In this document: piece by piece, positions 18,832-27,701 of the stretch
Layout: each line of letters begins with the position of its first letter
Numbering within the stretch: the stretch's first letter is position 1
Origin: Candidatus Doudnabacteria bacterium
GTDB lineage: Bacteria > Patescibacteriota > Doudnabacteria > UBA920
Assembly (NCBI GenBank): GCA_016788665.1
Contig: JAEUSF010000007.1
Coordinates: forward strand, 1 to 45,952
Direction of reading: 5' to 3'
Length of the DNA: 45,952 nucleotides
Notes under the pieces: model-generated
Told to the model about the DNA's origin: nothing
Database searches by the model: none
Seen by the model: only the letters and a program-made list of their open reading frames with translations
Translations under genes and position numbers: made by a program

Positions 18832-20298
18832 TTATTTAAGTTTAGAAAGATCTAATATTTGGTCAATGCGTACCTGGCTGACGAAATCAGGAATGTGGCT
18901 GACCATAACTATTGCGCCTTCGTAGTCGCTTAAAGCTTGGGCAATAATTGGTAGGTGTCTGAAGTTTATATGGTTAGTGGGCTCGTCTAAAATTAAAAGA
19001 CCCGGCTTCATTAAGACCAGCTGGCAAAAAGCTAAAAGTCCCTTCTGACCTTCAGATAATACTTCTATTTTTTGGTCTAGCAGCCTTCCGTCTAGTAAAA
19101 AGCCCGCTGCTGTAGAGCGTAATAGGTGTTCGTCTCGTTTTTCCATAACCTCTGCTAAAGCATCGAAGGCTTTTTGGTTAAAGTCGAGCCCTGAAAAATC
19201 TTGTCGATAAAAACCCACTCTAACTTCGTCGGAAATTTTTGCCCCTTCCGCTTGGCCACTGGCCAAAGCATTTAGGAACGAACTTTTTCCTATGCCGTTT
19301 GGACCCGCTACTAAAACGTGTATGTTTTTCCTAACTGTGAACTCCAGTTCGTGTTTGACAGGTTCGTGGTTTAAAAAAGTGTGAATTGACGTAAGGTTTA
19401 AAATTTTGCCGTCAAAAAATGAACCAAATTCTTGGCAAGGAATATTAAATTCGCGAATGGTTTTGTCTTCTTGTCTTACTTCCACAATCCCCTCTTCTGC
19501 TTCTTCCGCCGCTTCGCGCATGCGTTTGGCAACAGCGCGCAGTTTTCCGCCTTTGTGTGCAAAGACTTCCGCTTGGGAGCGTTTTTCTTTTATTTGGGTT
19601 TGCATGCGGGCGTTTTGCAAATTTTCTCTTTCTATGCGATTTTTTATTTCTTCTACCACGTCGTAGTAGTTACCGGCGTACTGTTCAATTTTGTGAGTAT
19701 GGACATCGAGGTATAAAACTCCGTCGGTAAAAGCGTTTAAAAAGTCTGCATCGTGCGAAATGACTAGGCAGGTTTTTTCGTACAGCATTAAAAAACCGGT
19801 TAAGTGTTCTATCCCCGCTTGGTCTAAATTGTTGGTTGGTTCGTCTAAAAGTAAAATGTCGGGGTTTTGTATTAGCGCGTGGGCTAGTAAGAGTCTCGCC
19901 TGTTGGCCACCCGAAAAAGCTTTGACCTGTTTGTCTAAAGGCACTTTTAAATTTACAACTTCAAAAATATCGGCAATCAGTTTGTCCAGATTATATTTTA
20001 TTTCAGTAAATGCAGTGGCAAAGTATTCTCTCACTGTCATTTCCATAAACTCTTTGGGCATAACTTGCCTGGCTATGGCTATGCTAGCATCTTTGGGGGT
20101 TATGTGTATTTCTCCATCTGTGGGTTGTCTTTCTTTCAATATTAGGGAAAATAAAGTAGATTTTCCCGCCCCGTTTTGTCCCATGAGTGCAAATTTTGAA
20201 CCCGCGCGCATAGAAAAACTAGCCTCGTCCAAAGTTTGTTTGTCGTGGCTATATTCAAAATTTACTTTACTGAATCTTAAAATTACGTTGTCTGCCAT
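18832..20298 (-). CDS. ABC-F family ATP-binding protein
   Basis: two ABC cassettes (GQNGAGKS, GPNGIGKS; LDEPTN twice), no TM domain. Confidence 0.92.
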   Translation of the reverse strand: MADNVILRFSKVNFEYSHDKQTLDEASFSMRAGSKFALMGQNGAGKSTLFSLILKERQPTDGEIHITPKDASIAIARQVMPKEFMEMTVREYFATAFTEIKYNLDKLIADIFEVVNLKVPLDKQVKAFSGGQQARLLLAHALIQNPDILLLDEPTNNLDQAGIEHLTGFLMLYEKTCLVISHDADFLNAFTDGVLYLDVHTHKIEQYAGNYYDVVEEIKNRIERENLQNARMQTQIKEKRSQAEVFAHKGGKLRAVAKRMREAAEEAEEGIVEVRQEDKTIREFNIPCQEFGSFFDGKILNLTSIHTFLNHEPVKHELEFTVRKNIHVLVAGPNGIGKSSFLNALASGQAEGAKISDEVRVGFYRQDFSGLDFNQKAFDALAEVMEKRDEHLLRSTAAGFLLDGRLLDQKIEVLSEGQKGLLAFCQLVLMKPGLLILDEPTNHINFRHLPIIAQALSDYEGAIVMVSHIPDFVSQVRIDQILDLSKLK

Positions 20299-20375
20299 AT
20301 ATGTTTACAATACTGTCAATTATACTTTAAAATTTTATCTAAATCAAGGGGCTTTAGGTCTAAACATATAAAAGT

Positions 20376-20414
20376 AGAGGACGGTCCTCTGCTGTGGCAG
20401 TGGACCGTCCTCTT
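20376..20414 (-). terminator. hairpin/terminator after the pilin gene
   Basis: AGAGGACGGTCC-loop-GGACCGTCCTCT. Confidence 0.65.
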
Positions 20415-20436
20415 TAATTTATAGCTTGGTTTTATT

Positions 20437-20958
20437 CTACTTTACTCCCGAAGGTGAGGCGAAGCGTATTCCAGCTGGCCAACTCTCGGTGCCTTTGCCC
20501 AAACAAAAGGTTAGGGTATAGTTGGAACCGTCCAATGCGGATTCGTACCAATATTCGTTTCCTCCCCCGCCACTGCCGGCACAATTGCCGTCTGGCGGAG
20601 TGGGCGAAACTGGAACCATAGGTATGTAACTGGGTATCATGGGTTCCGCAGATGAATTAAAAGCTCCAGGGTCAGAAAGTTTGCCTCCTCCAGCCGCAGC
20701 TGATACTGTGCCAGTCGGGTAGCTGCCATTTTGTATGTAATATTGGTCAAATGCGGTAATAAGCTGGCGGATATCTCCTGTGCGTTTAGCGTCGCGTCCC
20801 TTTATTCGAGCTTGGTTTACAGCAACCGAAACAACGCCGGCTAATGCTCCGATAATGGCAATAACCACTAAAAGTTCTAACAGAGTAAACCCGCTTTCTT
20901 TGTTTTGTTCTTTATCTTTTATCTTTTGGTGGAGAAAATAAAGTTTTTTATTTTGCAT
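20437..20958 (-). CDS. type IV pilin/pseudopilin
   Basis: GFTLLELLVVIAIIG prepilin motif; ARIKGRDAKR; two Cys. Confidence 0.92.
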   Translation of the reverse strand: MQNKKLYFLHQKIKDKEQNKESGFTLLELLVVIAIIGALAGVVSVAVNQARIKGRDAKRTGDIRQLITAFDQYYIQNGSYPTGTVSAAAGGGKLSDPGAFNSSAEPMIPSYIPMVPVSPTPPDGNCAGSGGGGNEYWYESALDGSNYTLTFCLGKGTESWPAGIRFASPSGVK

Positions 20959-21037
20959 TTTTATTTTCAGAAATTATTTTATTTATTATATCACATTCAC
21001 AAGGAGAATCCATGTATAGTGAGTCTGATAATAATTT

Positions 21038-22789
21038 TTAAGCGAAACTTCCAGCTTGAATGCCCCAAAGTTTCTGGTAAATACCTTTTTTTGCTTTTAG
21101 GAGTTCGGAGTGTTTTCCCTGTTCGGCGATACGACCATTTTCAACAACAACTATTCTGTCCATTTGCATTATGGTAGAGAGTCTGTGGGCAACTACAATA
21201 ACTGTTTTATCTTGCATTAAATTCTTTAAAGCTTGTTGGATATACATTTCACTTTCACTATCTAAAGAAGAAGTTGCTTCGTCCAAAACCAATACCGGTG
21301 CATTTTTGAGTATCGCCCTAGCAATAGCTACCCTCTGTCTTTCTCCGCCCGAAAGTTTTATTCCCCTTTCGCCCACCAGAGTAGAATATCCGTTTTTGAG
21401 TTTGGAAATAAATTCATGGGCGTAAGACTTCTCAGCGGCTGCGAAAACCTCTTTATCTGTAGCGTCAGGTTTGCCATACCTAATGTTTTCCATAAGACTT
21501 CTGTGAAAAAGTATGGGCTCTTGGGGTACCAGAGAAATATTTTGTCGTAAAGAATCTTGGGTTACCGAATTAATATTTTGCCCGTCAACTGAAATTTCTC
21601 CGCCTTGTATGTCGTAAAATCTGAACAAAAGCTTGATCAATGTGGTTTTTCCTCCCCCGGAAGGACCTACTAGAGCAATTTTTTCTTTGGGTAATATTTT
21701 AAAATTAAAGTTGTTAAGTATAGGTCTTCCGTCTTTGTAGCCAAAGGTGACGTTGTTAAAATTTATTTGGCCTGCGCTTTTTTTCATGTAAGCGGCGTTA
21801 GGCGCGTCTTTAATATCATGCTCTTTTTCAAGTATTTCGGTCATTTCATTTGCGTCTGCTATTGCCTCGTATAGGTTTCTTATGTTTTTTCCCATACCCC
21901 AGAATTTGTCGAACAGCCTTAAAAAGTAGCTTTGTATTAGAGCTATAGTGCCTACGGTTATTGCGTTTTGTTGCCAGAGTGAAACAGCGTAATACATTAC
22001 AGCAAGTTCTAAGGTTATCATTGACACTGACTGAAAAATTTCGCTGACAGTGGCTAAGTCCCAGCTTTTTCTACGGATTCTAAAATGTGAGTTCGAGACT
22101 TTTATAAACTCTTTATCTTCTAGGTTATAAGCCGAAAAAGTTTTAATGTTAGTGTTGTTGGTGACGCTGTCGGCAAGCTGGGCCGTGACTTTACTGTCAG
22201 CTTCAGCTCGTTTAATGTCATATGGTAGCTTGTAGAGCGCGAAAAAATAACTAAAAGCAATATATATAACTGCCCAAATACTTACAATTATGGCGACATT
22301 TTTATTTTGCGTGAACAGTATGGTCAGTATAATTAGCATTTCTAGAATGGTGCGTCCAAGTTCAAAACATAGTTGGTCGGAGACCTGCTCAAAAGATTTT
22401 TCATAACGCTTGACTTTGGTAACCAAGCCGCCTACGAAACTATTGGAAAAAAAATCGTAAGAATGTTTTTGTAGGTATTTAAAGCAGCTCTGGCTTAAGT
22501 CGGCCATTACTCTTGGTTGGAAATAGTTGTTGGTGAATTGGAATATCCGGGCAATTACAATGCGGATTATAGAAACAAAGAAAATTGCTTTAACTATAGA
22601 AATTAAAGGCGCTGCTTCTCTGGCCTGGGAAGAGGCGGCTAGGTCTATAAGTTTTTTGTAGAGTAATGGTAGATAATTTTGTAAAATAATATGTCCCAAT
22701 ACGCCTAAGATAATTACAAAAACATGCCAGGGATACCTTCTGGCATGTTGCCAAAAAATTTGTAGAGTTTTGGTGGTTAGCGATTTCAT
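21038..22789 (-). CDS. ABC exporter, fused TM + ATPase
   Basis: TM domain; GPSGGGKT, LSGGERQR and LDEATS motifs. Confidence 0.93.
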   Translation of the reverse strand: MKSLTTKTLQIFWQHARRYPWHVFVIILGVLGHIILQNYLPLLYKKLIDLAASSQAREAAPLISIVKAIFFVSIIRIVIARIFQFTNNYFQPRVMADLSQSCFKYLQKHSYDFFSNSFVGGLVTKVKRYEKSFEQVSDQLCFELGRTILEMLIILTILFTQNKNVAIIVSIWAVIYIAFSYFFALYKLPYDIKRAEADSKVTAQLADSVTNNTNIKTFSAYNLEDKEFIKVSNSHFRIRRKSWDLATVSEIFQSVSMITLELAVMYYAVSLWQQNAITVGTIALIQSYFLRLFDKFWGMGKNIRNLYEAIADANEMTEILEKEHDIKDAPNAAYMKKSAGQINFNNVTFGYKDGRPILNNFNFKILPKEKIALVGPSGGGKTTLIKLLFRFYDIQGGEISVDGQNINSVTQDSLRQNISLVPQEPILFHRSLMENIRYGKPDATDKEVFAAAEKSYAHEFISKLKNGYSTLVGERGIKLSGGERQRVAIARAILKNAPVLVLDEATSSLDSESEMYIQQALKNLMQDKTVIVVAHRLSTIMQMDRIVVVENGRIAEQGKHSELLKAKKGIYQKLWGIQAGSFA

Positions 22790-23439
22790 TCGTGAGGTCT
22801 TTTAAATTGAATATTAGGTTTATTTCCTGGGCTTATTTTTTTTGCCGTTTCGTAAATTGTTTGCATGCTATCTTCCGCTACAACAAAAGTTAAGGAATTA
22901 AAACCTGCCTTAATAGTTTTTTCTATAAGATTGCTTTCGGCTACTTTTTTTAAAAATTCTTCTTCGCTTATAGAGCCTAATTCGTAGGCTTCTTTGGCAG
23001 CGAGTATCGCCTGTCTGGTTTTTGGGTGTTCTATTACAGAAGTCAGTTTCCAGCCTACAGGAAAGTTTTCGGCAATTAGTTTTAGAATCTGTTCGTAAAC
23101 GCCTTTGCCTAAAAGTTCCGGGTCGGTAAATTTGGCGTAGTTTATGTTTATTTCTTCAGTGTCAGTATATGTTTCCAGCTCGACATAATTTTGCGGAATT
23201 AGGTCTTTTTCGGAATATGGTCCCTTTGGATCGTAATTTTCAAATTCAATAACCCAAGCAGCCCGGTCGCTTTTTGGTATGCTGTTTTTATTTATTGTAA
23301 AACTTGTGTTTTCCTGCCTTATTTTAAGTTTTATTATTTTTCCCTTGCTGTTTTTTAGCATAGCTCCTCTGAAAGATTCGAAAAAATTATGTAGAGCAGG
23401 ATTTTCTTGACCTTGCCTTGCCTCGAAGCGTGTTTCCAT
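22786..23439 (-). CDS. hypothetical protein
   Basis: 217-aa ORF with ATGA overlap with the ABC exporter. Confidence 0.7.
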   Translation of the reverse strand: METRFEARQGQENPALHNFFESFRGAMLKNSKGKIIKLKIRQENTSFTINKNSIPKSDRAAWVIEFENYDPKGPYSEKDLIPQNYVELETYTDTEEININYAKFTDPELLGKGVYEQILKLIAENFPVGWKLTSVIEHPKTRQAILAAKEAYELGSISEEEFLKKVAESNLIEKTIKAGFNSLTFVVAEDSMQTIYETAKKISPGNKPNIQFKRPHE

Positions 23440-23595
23440 ATAAATATGTATTAATACAGCTTTATAAGTATAGCAGAATTTTTTTGTTAGTAATTTTGAA
23501 ACCGGGAACCATTAAAAAGAACGAATCGGCCCTTAAAATTGACAATGTTACCATGTTATGAGAACATCAGTCTATTCTTTGTCCTAAGGAGGCCG

Positions 23596-24210
23596 ATGAA
23601 ACGGCTTGTGCTGGCTTTGTTTTGTGTTATGGGTTTGCTGTTTGCCCAGCAGCCCAAAGCTTCCAAAAAGTCCGAGCAGTCCAAAAAAGAGCGGAAGCAC
23701 CAGGTGTTCCGCAACTTTGTTGGGGACGACACTTTCTACATTGAGTACTGTCTTCCCGGTCGTGTGGAAGACGGCAAGAAGGGCATGACCAAGGGCGTGC
23801 CGTGCGGCTGCATAGGCATGTACCAACAGTATTGGGAAGGCGCTTCGTCCGATTGCCACCGCGAGGCAAAGGGCGACAAAAGGGCTTTTATGGACTGTGC
23901 CAAAGAGATTCAAGGCTGCTCCGAGTTTATGGAGCACGGCGGAGACAGTGCATTGTTTGGCGACAAGGAGAAGCAAAAGTGTCAGGTATACTGCTACGAA
24001 AGGCAGTCGTGCGGATGCTGCGACGACAAAGTTGCAGGGGGTCGCATGTACCGATGGCATATGGGCACCCTGGCCGGTATGGTGGCACTTAAGACCCGGT
24101 TTCGGGCTTTGACCAGGGCCCAGGCTTGTCACGAGCCGACACTTTTTTCTTATGAGCCGCTTACCCGCGCCGACCTGTTCTACGTTGCCGGCGCTATGTT
24201 GCTTCGGTAA
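23596..24210 (+). CDS. secreted Cys-rich orphan protein
   Basis: AAGGAGG SD before ATG 23596; signal peptide MKRLVLALFCVMGLLFA; many Cys; terminator at 24222-24256. Confidence 0.75.
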   Translation: MKRLVLALFCVMGLLFAQQPKASKKSEQSKKERKHQVFRNFVGDDTFYIEYCLPGRVEDGKKGMTKGVPCGCIGMYQQYWEGASSDCHREAKGDKRAFMDCAKEIQGCSEFMEHGGDSALFGDKEKQKCQVYCYERQSCGCCDDKVAGGRMYRWHMGTLAGMVALKTRFRALTRAQACHEPTLFSYEPLTRADLFYVAGAMLLR

Positions 24211-24365
24211 CCAAAACCAAAAGCCAAGACCATACAGGGTCTTGGCTATTTTTTTATTTATTTTACTTGCGACTTGGTTAGTGTAAAGACTTGGTAGAGA
24301 ACCTGATTATAATAAATTAAGCGAAAAATATTTCAGTTTGTGTTAAGCTTGAAAAAGGAGGCCCA

Positions 24366-24953
24366 ATGAAGTTGCTTGTTAGGCTGGCGATTTTGATGCT
24401 GGCGGCTCTTGAAGGGGTTGCTCAAAAAGTAGAAGAGTACCCTGCCATTTTTGAAGCCCGTATTCGTTACGCGCACACGGTTACTCTGGATTTGCTCGAC
24501 ATGTGCGCGGCTGTTCAATACCACGGTGATTTTGACTGGGGTGAGCAGTATTATGACCCTGGAAAAATTCGCGAAGCGAAAACGGTTTTGGGCAAAAAGC
24601 TTGTCCGGGCAGTATACGAAATTCTCCGCCGAAACGTCACTACACGGCTTAACGTGTGTTCGTTTTACCTGGACCTTACCAGCTTTTACTGGACACACGA
24701 GTATTTGGACCAGCTGATGTTTTGGTATCCCGATGTCTTAAGTAACCACGAGCGTGCATCGCTTTCGGCTGCTTGGGAAAAGCGTTTTCTGTCTGAGCAA
24801 AAAGAGTACATAAGGCTCTGTGCCGAGTCTGTCCGTGGCTTGTATTCGTGCAGCAGGCTCGCGAACGCAGTTGCCAGAGGTCTTAACGTGGAACTCTCTT
24901 TGCTCCCACACAGCAGAAGAGCAATGGTGCTTTTGTCAGCCAGCATATACTGA
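24366..24953 (+). CDS. secreted orphan protein
   Basis: AAGGAGG SD; signal peptide MKLLVRLAILMLAALEGVA; terminator at 24968-24990. Confidence 0.75.
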   Translation: MKLLVRLAILMLAALEGVAQKVEEYPAIFEARIRYAHTVTLDLLDMCAAVQYHGDFDWGEQYYDPGKIREAKTVLGKKLVRAVYEILRRNVTTRLNVCSFYLDLTSFYWTHEYLDQLMFWYPDVLSNHERASLSAAWEKRFLSEQKEYIRLCAESVRGLYSCSRLANAVARGLNVELSLLPHSRRAMVLLSASIY

Positions 24954-25061
24954 CGCGCAGAACCTTAAACCATGATGACTCATGGTTTTTTATTTGATTT
25001 GGTCTATTTGGACTAGACAGAAATTACTTTAAAATAATAAAATCAAAAATCTTGTTATGTT

Positions 25062-25105
25062 CTCGGTGTCCACTTTCTCACGGCCGTGAAAAAGTGGACA
25101 CCGAG
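25062..25105. repeat. 44-bp near-perfect palindrome (REP-like)
   Basis: CTCGGTGTCCACTTT-C-TCACGG/CCGTGA-A-AAAGTGGACACCGAG; no T-tract. Confidence 0.7.
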
Positions 25106-25154
25106 TGAAATTATTTAAAAAACAGAATAGATAATTTTTTGTTAATGATGTTAA

Positions 25155-25184
25155 TGATGGGAGTCTTCGGGAAGACTCCCATCA
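25155..25184. repeat. palindrome family copy 1
   Basis: TGATGGGAGTCTTC-GG-GAAGACTCCCATCA. Confidence 0.9.
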
Positions 25185-25198
25185 GTGGATCGTTTTTA

Positions 25199-25217
25199 TG
25201 GCAGGGCGGTAGGAATC
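25199..25217 (-). repeat. duplicated 3' end of tRNA-Trp (att-like)
   Basis: TGGCAGGGCGGTAGGAATC versus TGGCAGGGGCGGTAGGAATC at 25371 (one G missing). Confidence 0.75.
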
Positions 25218-25370
25218 CTTTTTGCTCCGACAAAAAGCCGGGGTGCTAGACTCAAGAAGCTGTACTAGCTCGCTTCTTTCCGCTCGCTGACTAGCTATCT
25301 CCCACCCTTCGATTCCTTTGTCTACTATTATAAAGCAAAATGCCTCACCACAAGGGTGAGGCTCTTTGCT

Positions 25371-25444
25371 TGGCAGGGGCGGTAGGAATCGAACCCACGC
25401 AAGCGGTTTTGGAGACCGCTGTACTACCATTATACGACGCCCCC
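25371..25444 (-). tRNA. tRNA-Trp (CCA)
   Basis: cloverleaf; anticodon arm GCGGT-CTCCAAA-ACCGC; GGTTCGATTCC T-arm; encoded CCA. Confidence 0.96.
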
Positions 25445-25450
25445 AAAAGA

Positions 25451-25537
25451 AAGTAGTAAGTACGTGGTATTAAGTATAAAGTTGTGATCTTACAAATGTA
25501 AGTTGACTCTATACTTACTACTTAATACTTACTACTT
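25451..25537. repeat. heptamer-based imperfect inverted microrepeat
   Basis: AAGTAGTAAGTA...TTAAGTAT / ATACTTACTACTTAATACTTACTACTT. Confidence 0.6.
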
Positions 25538-25545
25538 ATTAACAC

Positions 25546-25713
25546 TTACTTTGTTTCTTTGTGCATTACTTGTTTTTTGCAGAATTTGCAGAATTTCTTT
25601 AGCTCTAAGCGCTTACGTATTTGTGCGCCTGGGCTTTTTTTATTGCGCTTGGTTTGGTAGTTTATGTTGTGGCAAACCGTGCACTCCATGTTAAGTAAAT
25701 GGTCTTGTGACAT
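25546..25713 (-). CDS. rpmG: 50S ribosomal protein L33 (Zn-binding form)
   Basis: manual translation MSQDHLLNMECTVCHNINYQTKRNKKSPGAQIRKRLELKKFCKFCKKQVMHKETK; two CxxC; lies between tRNA-Thr and tRNA-Trp. Confidence 0.95.
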   Translation of the reverse strand: MSQDHLLNMECTVCHNINYQTKRNKKSPGAQIRKRLELKKFCKFCKKQVMHKETK

Positions 25714-25901
25714 ATAGATAGAATTAAGAATTATAGAGTAGGAATTAAGAATAAAAATTTCTGGGCGTCAGAAATTTTTTAGCATTATCTTGATCCAGAA
25801 GATAATGTTTATTTTGATAGCCCGCCTTTGTATGAAGCTTCGGCGGACAGACTTCGCTAAATCTGCAAGTGGCGTAAGCCAGACGTAGCTTTAGCGAAGT
25901 T

Positions 25902-25943
25902 TGGAGCCGGCTGCCCCGCCTTGGCGGGACCACCTGCGGTTTA
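25902..25943 (-). pseudogene. degenerate duplicate of the tRNA-Thr 3' half with the T-loop replaced by a GC hairpin
   Basis: TGGAGCCGGCTGCC-CCGCCTTGGCGGG-ACCACCTGCGGTTTA versus tRNA TGGAGCCGGCTGCC-GGACTCGAACCGG-CCACCTACGGTTTA. Confidence 0.7.
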
Positions 25944-25961
25944 TTTGCATGCCTTAATTTA

Positions 25962-26037
25962 TGGAGCCGGCTGCCGGACTCGAACCGGCCACCTACGGTT
26001 TACAAAACCGTTGCTCTACCAGATGAGCTAAGCCGGC
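25962..26037 (-). tRNA. tRNA-Thr (TGT)
   Basis: GCCGGCT acceptor; anticodon arm ACGGT-TTTGTAA-ACCGT; encoded CCA. Confidence 0.95.
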
Positions 26038-26111
26038 AAGTTGTTAAGGGTGTCAACTTAAAAGATTTTAACATAAATTGCTTAAATAGTCCAGACTCTA
26101 TGTTTTATGGA

Positions 26112-26140
26112 TTGACTAACAGGCTAGATACTAGTACTAT
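26112..26140 (+). promoter_or_regulatory. sigma70-like promoter of the 26227 orphan
   Basis: TTGACT-17 nt-TACTAT. Confidence 0.55.
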
Positions 26141-26226
26141 GTGGTACTTGGGCGTATTGTTATAAGCTCGTAAAATTTTATGGGCTTAAAAGGGTATGCG
26201 TGTAGGTGTAGAAAGGAGGTTGGCGA

Positions 26227-26739
26227 ATGGAAAGAGGTCTGTTAGAGGCCTTGGGCAAAACAGATATCCCTCTTGTCGGAAAGCATCTGCTTGAAGCGTT
26301 TGAGGGGGCCCGTAGGGCTTTAGGTCACCGAGTAGTTTTGGGCCAAAAAGAGATAGAAGGGATGACAACCTGGGACGAGGTTGTAGGCTGCTGGATTAAA
26401 GCTAAGGGCGCAAGTCTGAAAACGGCTATTCCGGCTGTCGAACTGTCCGGGGGCTATCTGGCTGCGGAATACCGCACGGCCCGGGCAGTGCTTACTGTTT
26501 CGGACCTGGTTTTTCGGGCAGAAGTAAAAAACAGAGCTGGCGAGATTATTTGCAAGCTTTGTTTGCTGGCTGACCGCCACAGGGAGGTTCAGTTTAACAG
26601 CGTGGCGTACCAAGACTTCGTGGACTCCGAGGTTGGTGACGGCAAAGACCTATACCGGCGTCGGACGTATATGGCCTTGTTGCAATACCTGCTTAAGGGC
26701 TCGCAGTATGAGTCCCAAATTTCTGCTCAAGAAGAGTAG
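26227..26739 (+). CDS. orphan protein, paralog A
   Basis: AAGGAGG SD; FEGARRALGHRVVLGQKE; terminator at 26752-26781. Confidence 0.78.
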   Translation: MERGLLEALGKTDIPLVGKHLLEAFEGARRALGHRVVLGQKEIEGMTTWDEVVGCWIKAKGASLKTAIPAVELSGGYLAAEYRTARAVLTVSDLVFRAEVKNRAGEIICKLCLLADRHREVQFNSVAYQDFVDSEVGDGKDLYRRRTYMALLQYLLKGSQYESQISAQEE

Positions 26740-26880
26740 CTATTATCCCCTGACGGTCGCTTGTAACGACCGTCTTTTTTTATGAATTGTTATTCAGCCT
26801 ATTTTAAGATTTAACTGTTAAACTGAATTAATTTACAGCAGTTTTTCCAATTATACGATGTCTTGTGAAGGAGGATTTTT

Positions 26881-27402
26881 ATGAAGGACGAAGACTTGTT
26901 AGATGTTCTGTTCCAACTCCCTTTGCTGAATAAACCACTTATATATAAATTCGAAGCGGCTAGAAAGGCTTTGGGTCAAAAGATTGTTTTAGGCCAAGAG
27001 GAGGTTGGTGTTTTACAAACTTGGGGCGAGTTGGTGGTTTTGTGGGAGAGGATGTTTGAAGCAACGGACCCCAAAGATCATTGCGCATATATTGTACCCT
27101 TCGTTTCGACCACTAACCGAACAGTGGTTGTGTGGCACAAAACAAGTCACTCTGAGCTCAGCTTAACAAACGGGGAGCTTGAATTTATTTTAAGAGATTT
27201 TGAAGGTGAAGTTGCGTTTTACTACGCACTGCAAGCTAACGGCAGTCAGTTTTCTGAGCTTAGAGCAGAACGGTGTGAATGCTTATTGGGCAGTGAGCCG
27301 CCCGGGCTCTTGCAATACTCCAAAGGTTACTTTAAGCGGGTTTACGGTGGTTTGGTGAATTACTTACTTCAAGGCACAGAATATCTTTCAGAAATCTCAT
27401 AG
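26881..27402 (+). CDS. orphan protein, paralog B
   Basis: AAGGAGG SD; FEAARKALGQKIVLGQEE; terminator at 27402-27427. Confidence 0.78.
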   Translation: MKDEDLLDVLFQLPLLNKPLIYKFEAARKALGQKIVLGQEEVGVLQTWGELVVLWERMFEATDPKDHCAYIVPFVSTTNRTVVVWHKTSHSELSLTNGELEFILRDFEGEVAFYYALQANGSQFSELRAERCECLLGSEPPGLLQYSKGYFKRVYGGLVNYLLQGTEYLSEIS

Positions 27403-27462
27403 CGGTCGTATGAAACGACCGTTTTTTATTTTTGCAAAAAAACCACAACGTAACAGTTGTGG

Positions 27463-27588
27463 TTAGGGTTTTGAGTTCTGTATGAACGATAAAACAAGAC
27501 CGAGTAATGGGGATATCAAAAACAGAACAAAACCAGCGGTTCGCCAGTTGGGCGAATGTCGCGAGTGTATCCTCGTGTTTCGACTCAT
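27463..27588 (-). CDS. possible 41-aa single-TM peptide
   Basis: MSRNTRIHSRHSPNWRTAGFVLFLISPLLGLVLSFIQNSKP, followed by a hairpin and A-tract; no clear SD. Confidence 0.3.
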   Translation of the reverse strand: MSRNTRIHSRHSPNWRTAGFVLFLISPLLGLVLSFIQNSKP

Positions 27589-27701
27589 AGGCGAAATATT
27601 AACATATTCCCCTATTTTTGAAAAGGTGGTATATTTATAGGGTTATATTAAACTTATATGCTCCATAAGTGGGGTGACTACAAAAAATAATAAGGAAAAA
27701 T

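Noticed and set aside
23584-24132. Multiple overlapping alternative ORFs in the Cys-rich gene
   Set aside because: These are expected from locally higher GC; only the 23596 frame has an SD, signal peptide and terminator.
25182-25933. ORF-track ORFs at 25182-25430, 25503-25694 and 25745-25933
   Set aside because: They overlap tRNA-Trp, the antisense strand of rpmG and repeat elements, so they are spurious.
27590-27701. SAH or SAM riboswitch upstream of ahcY
   Set aside because: No recognisable consensus by eye; the leader is short and AT-rich.
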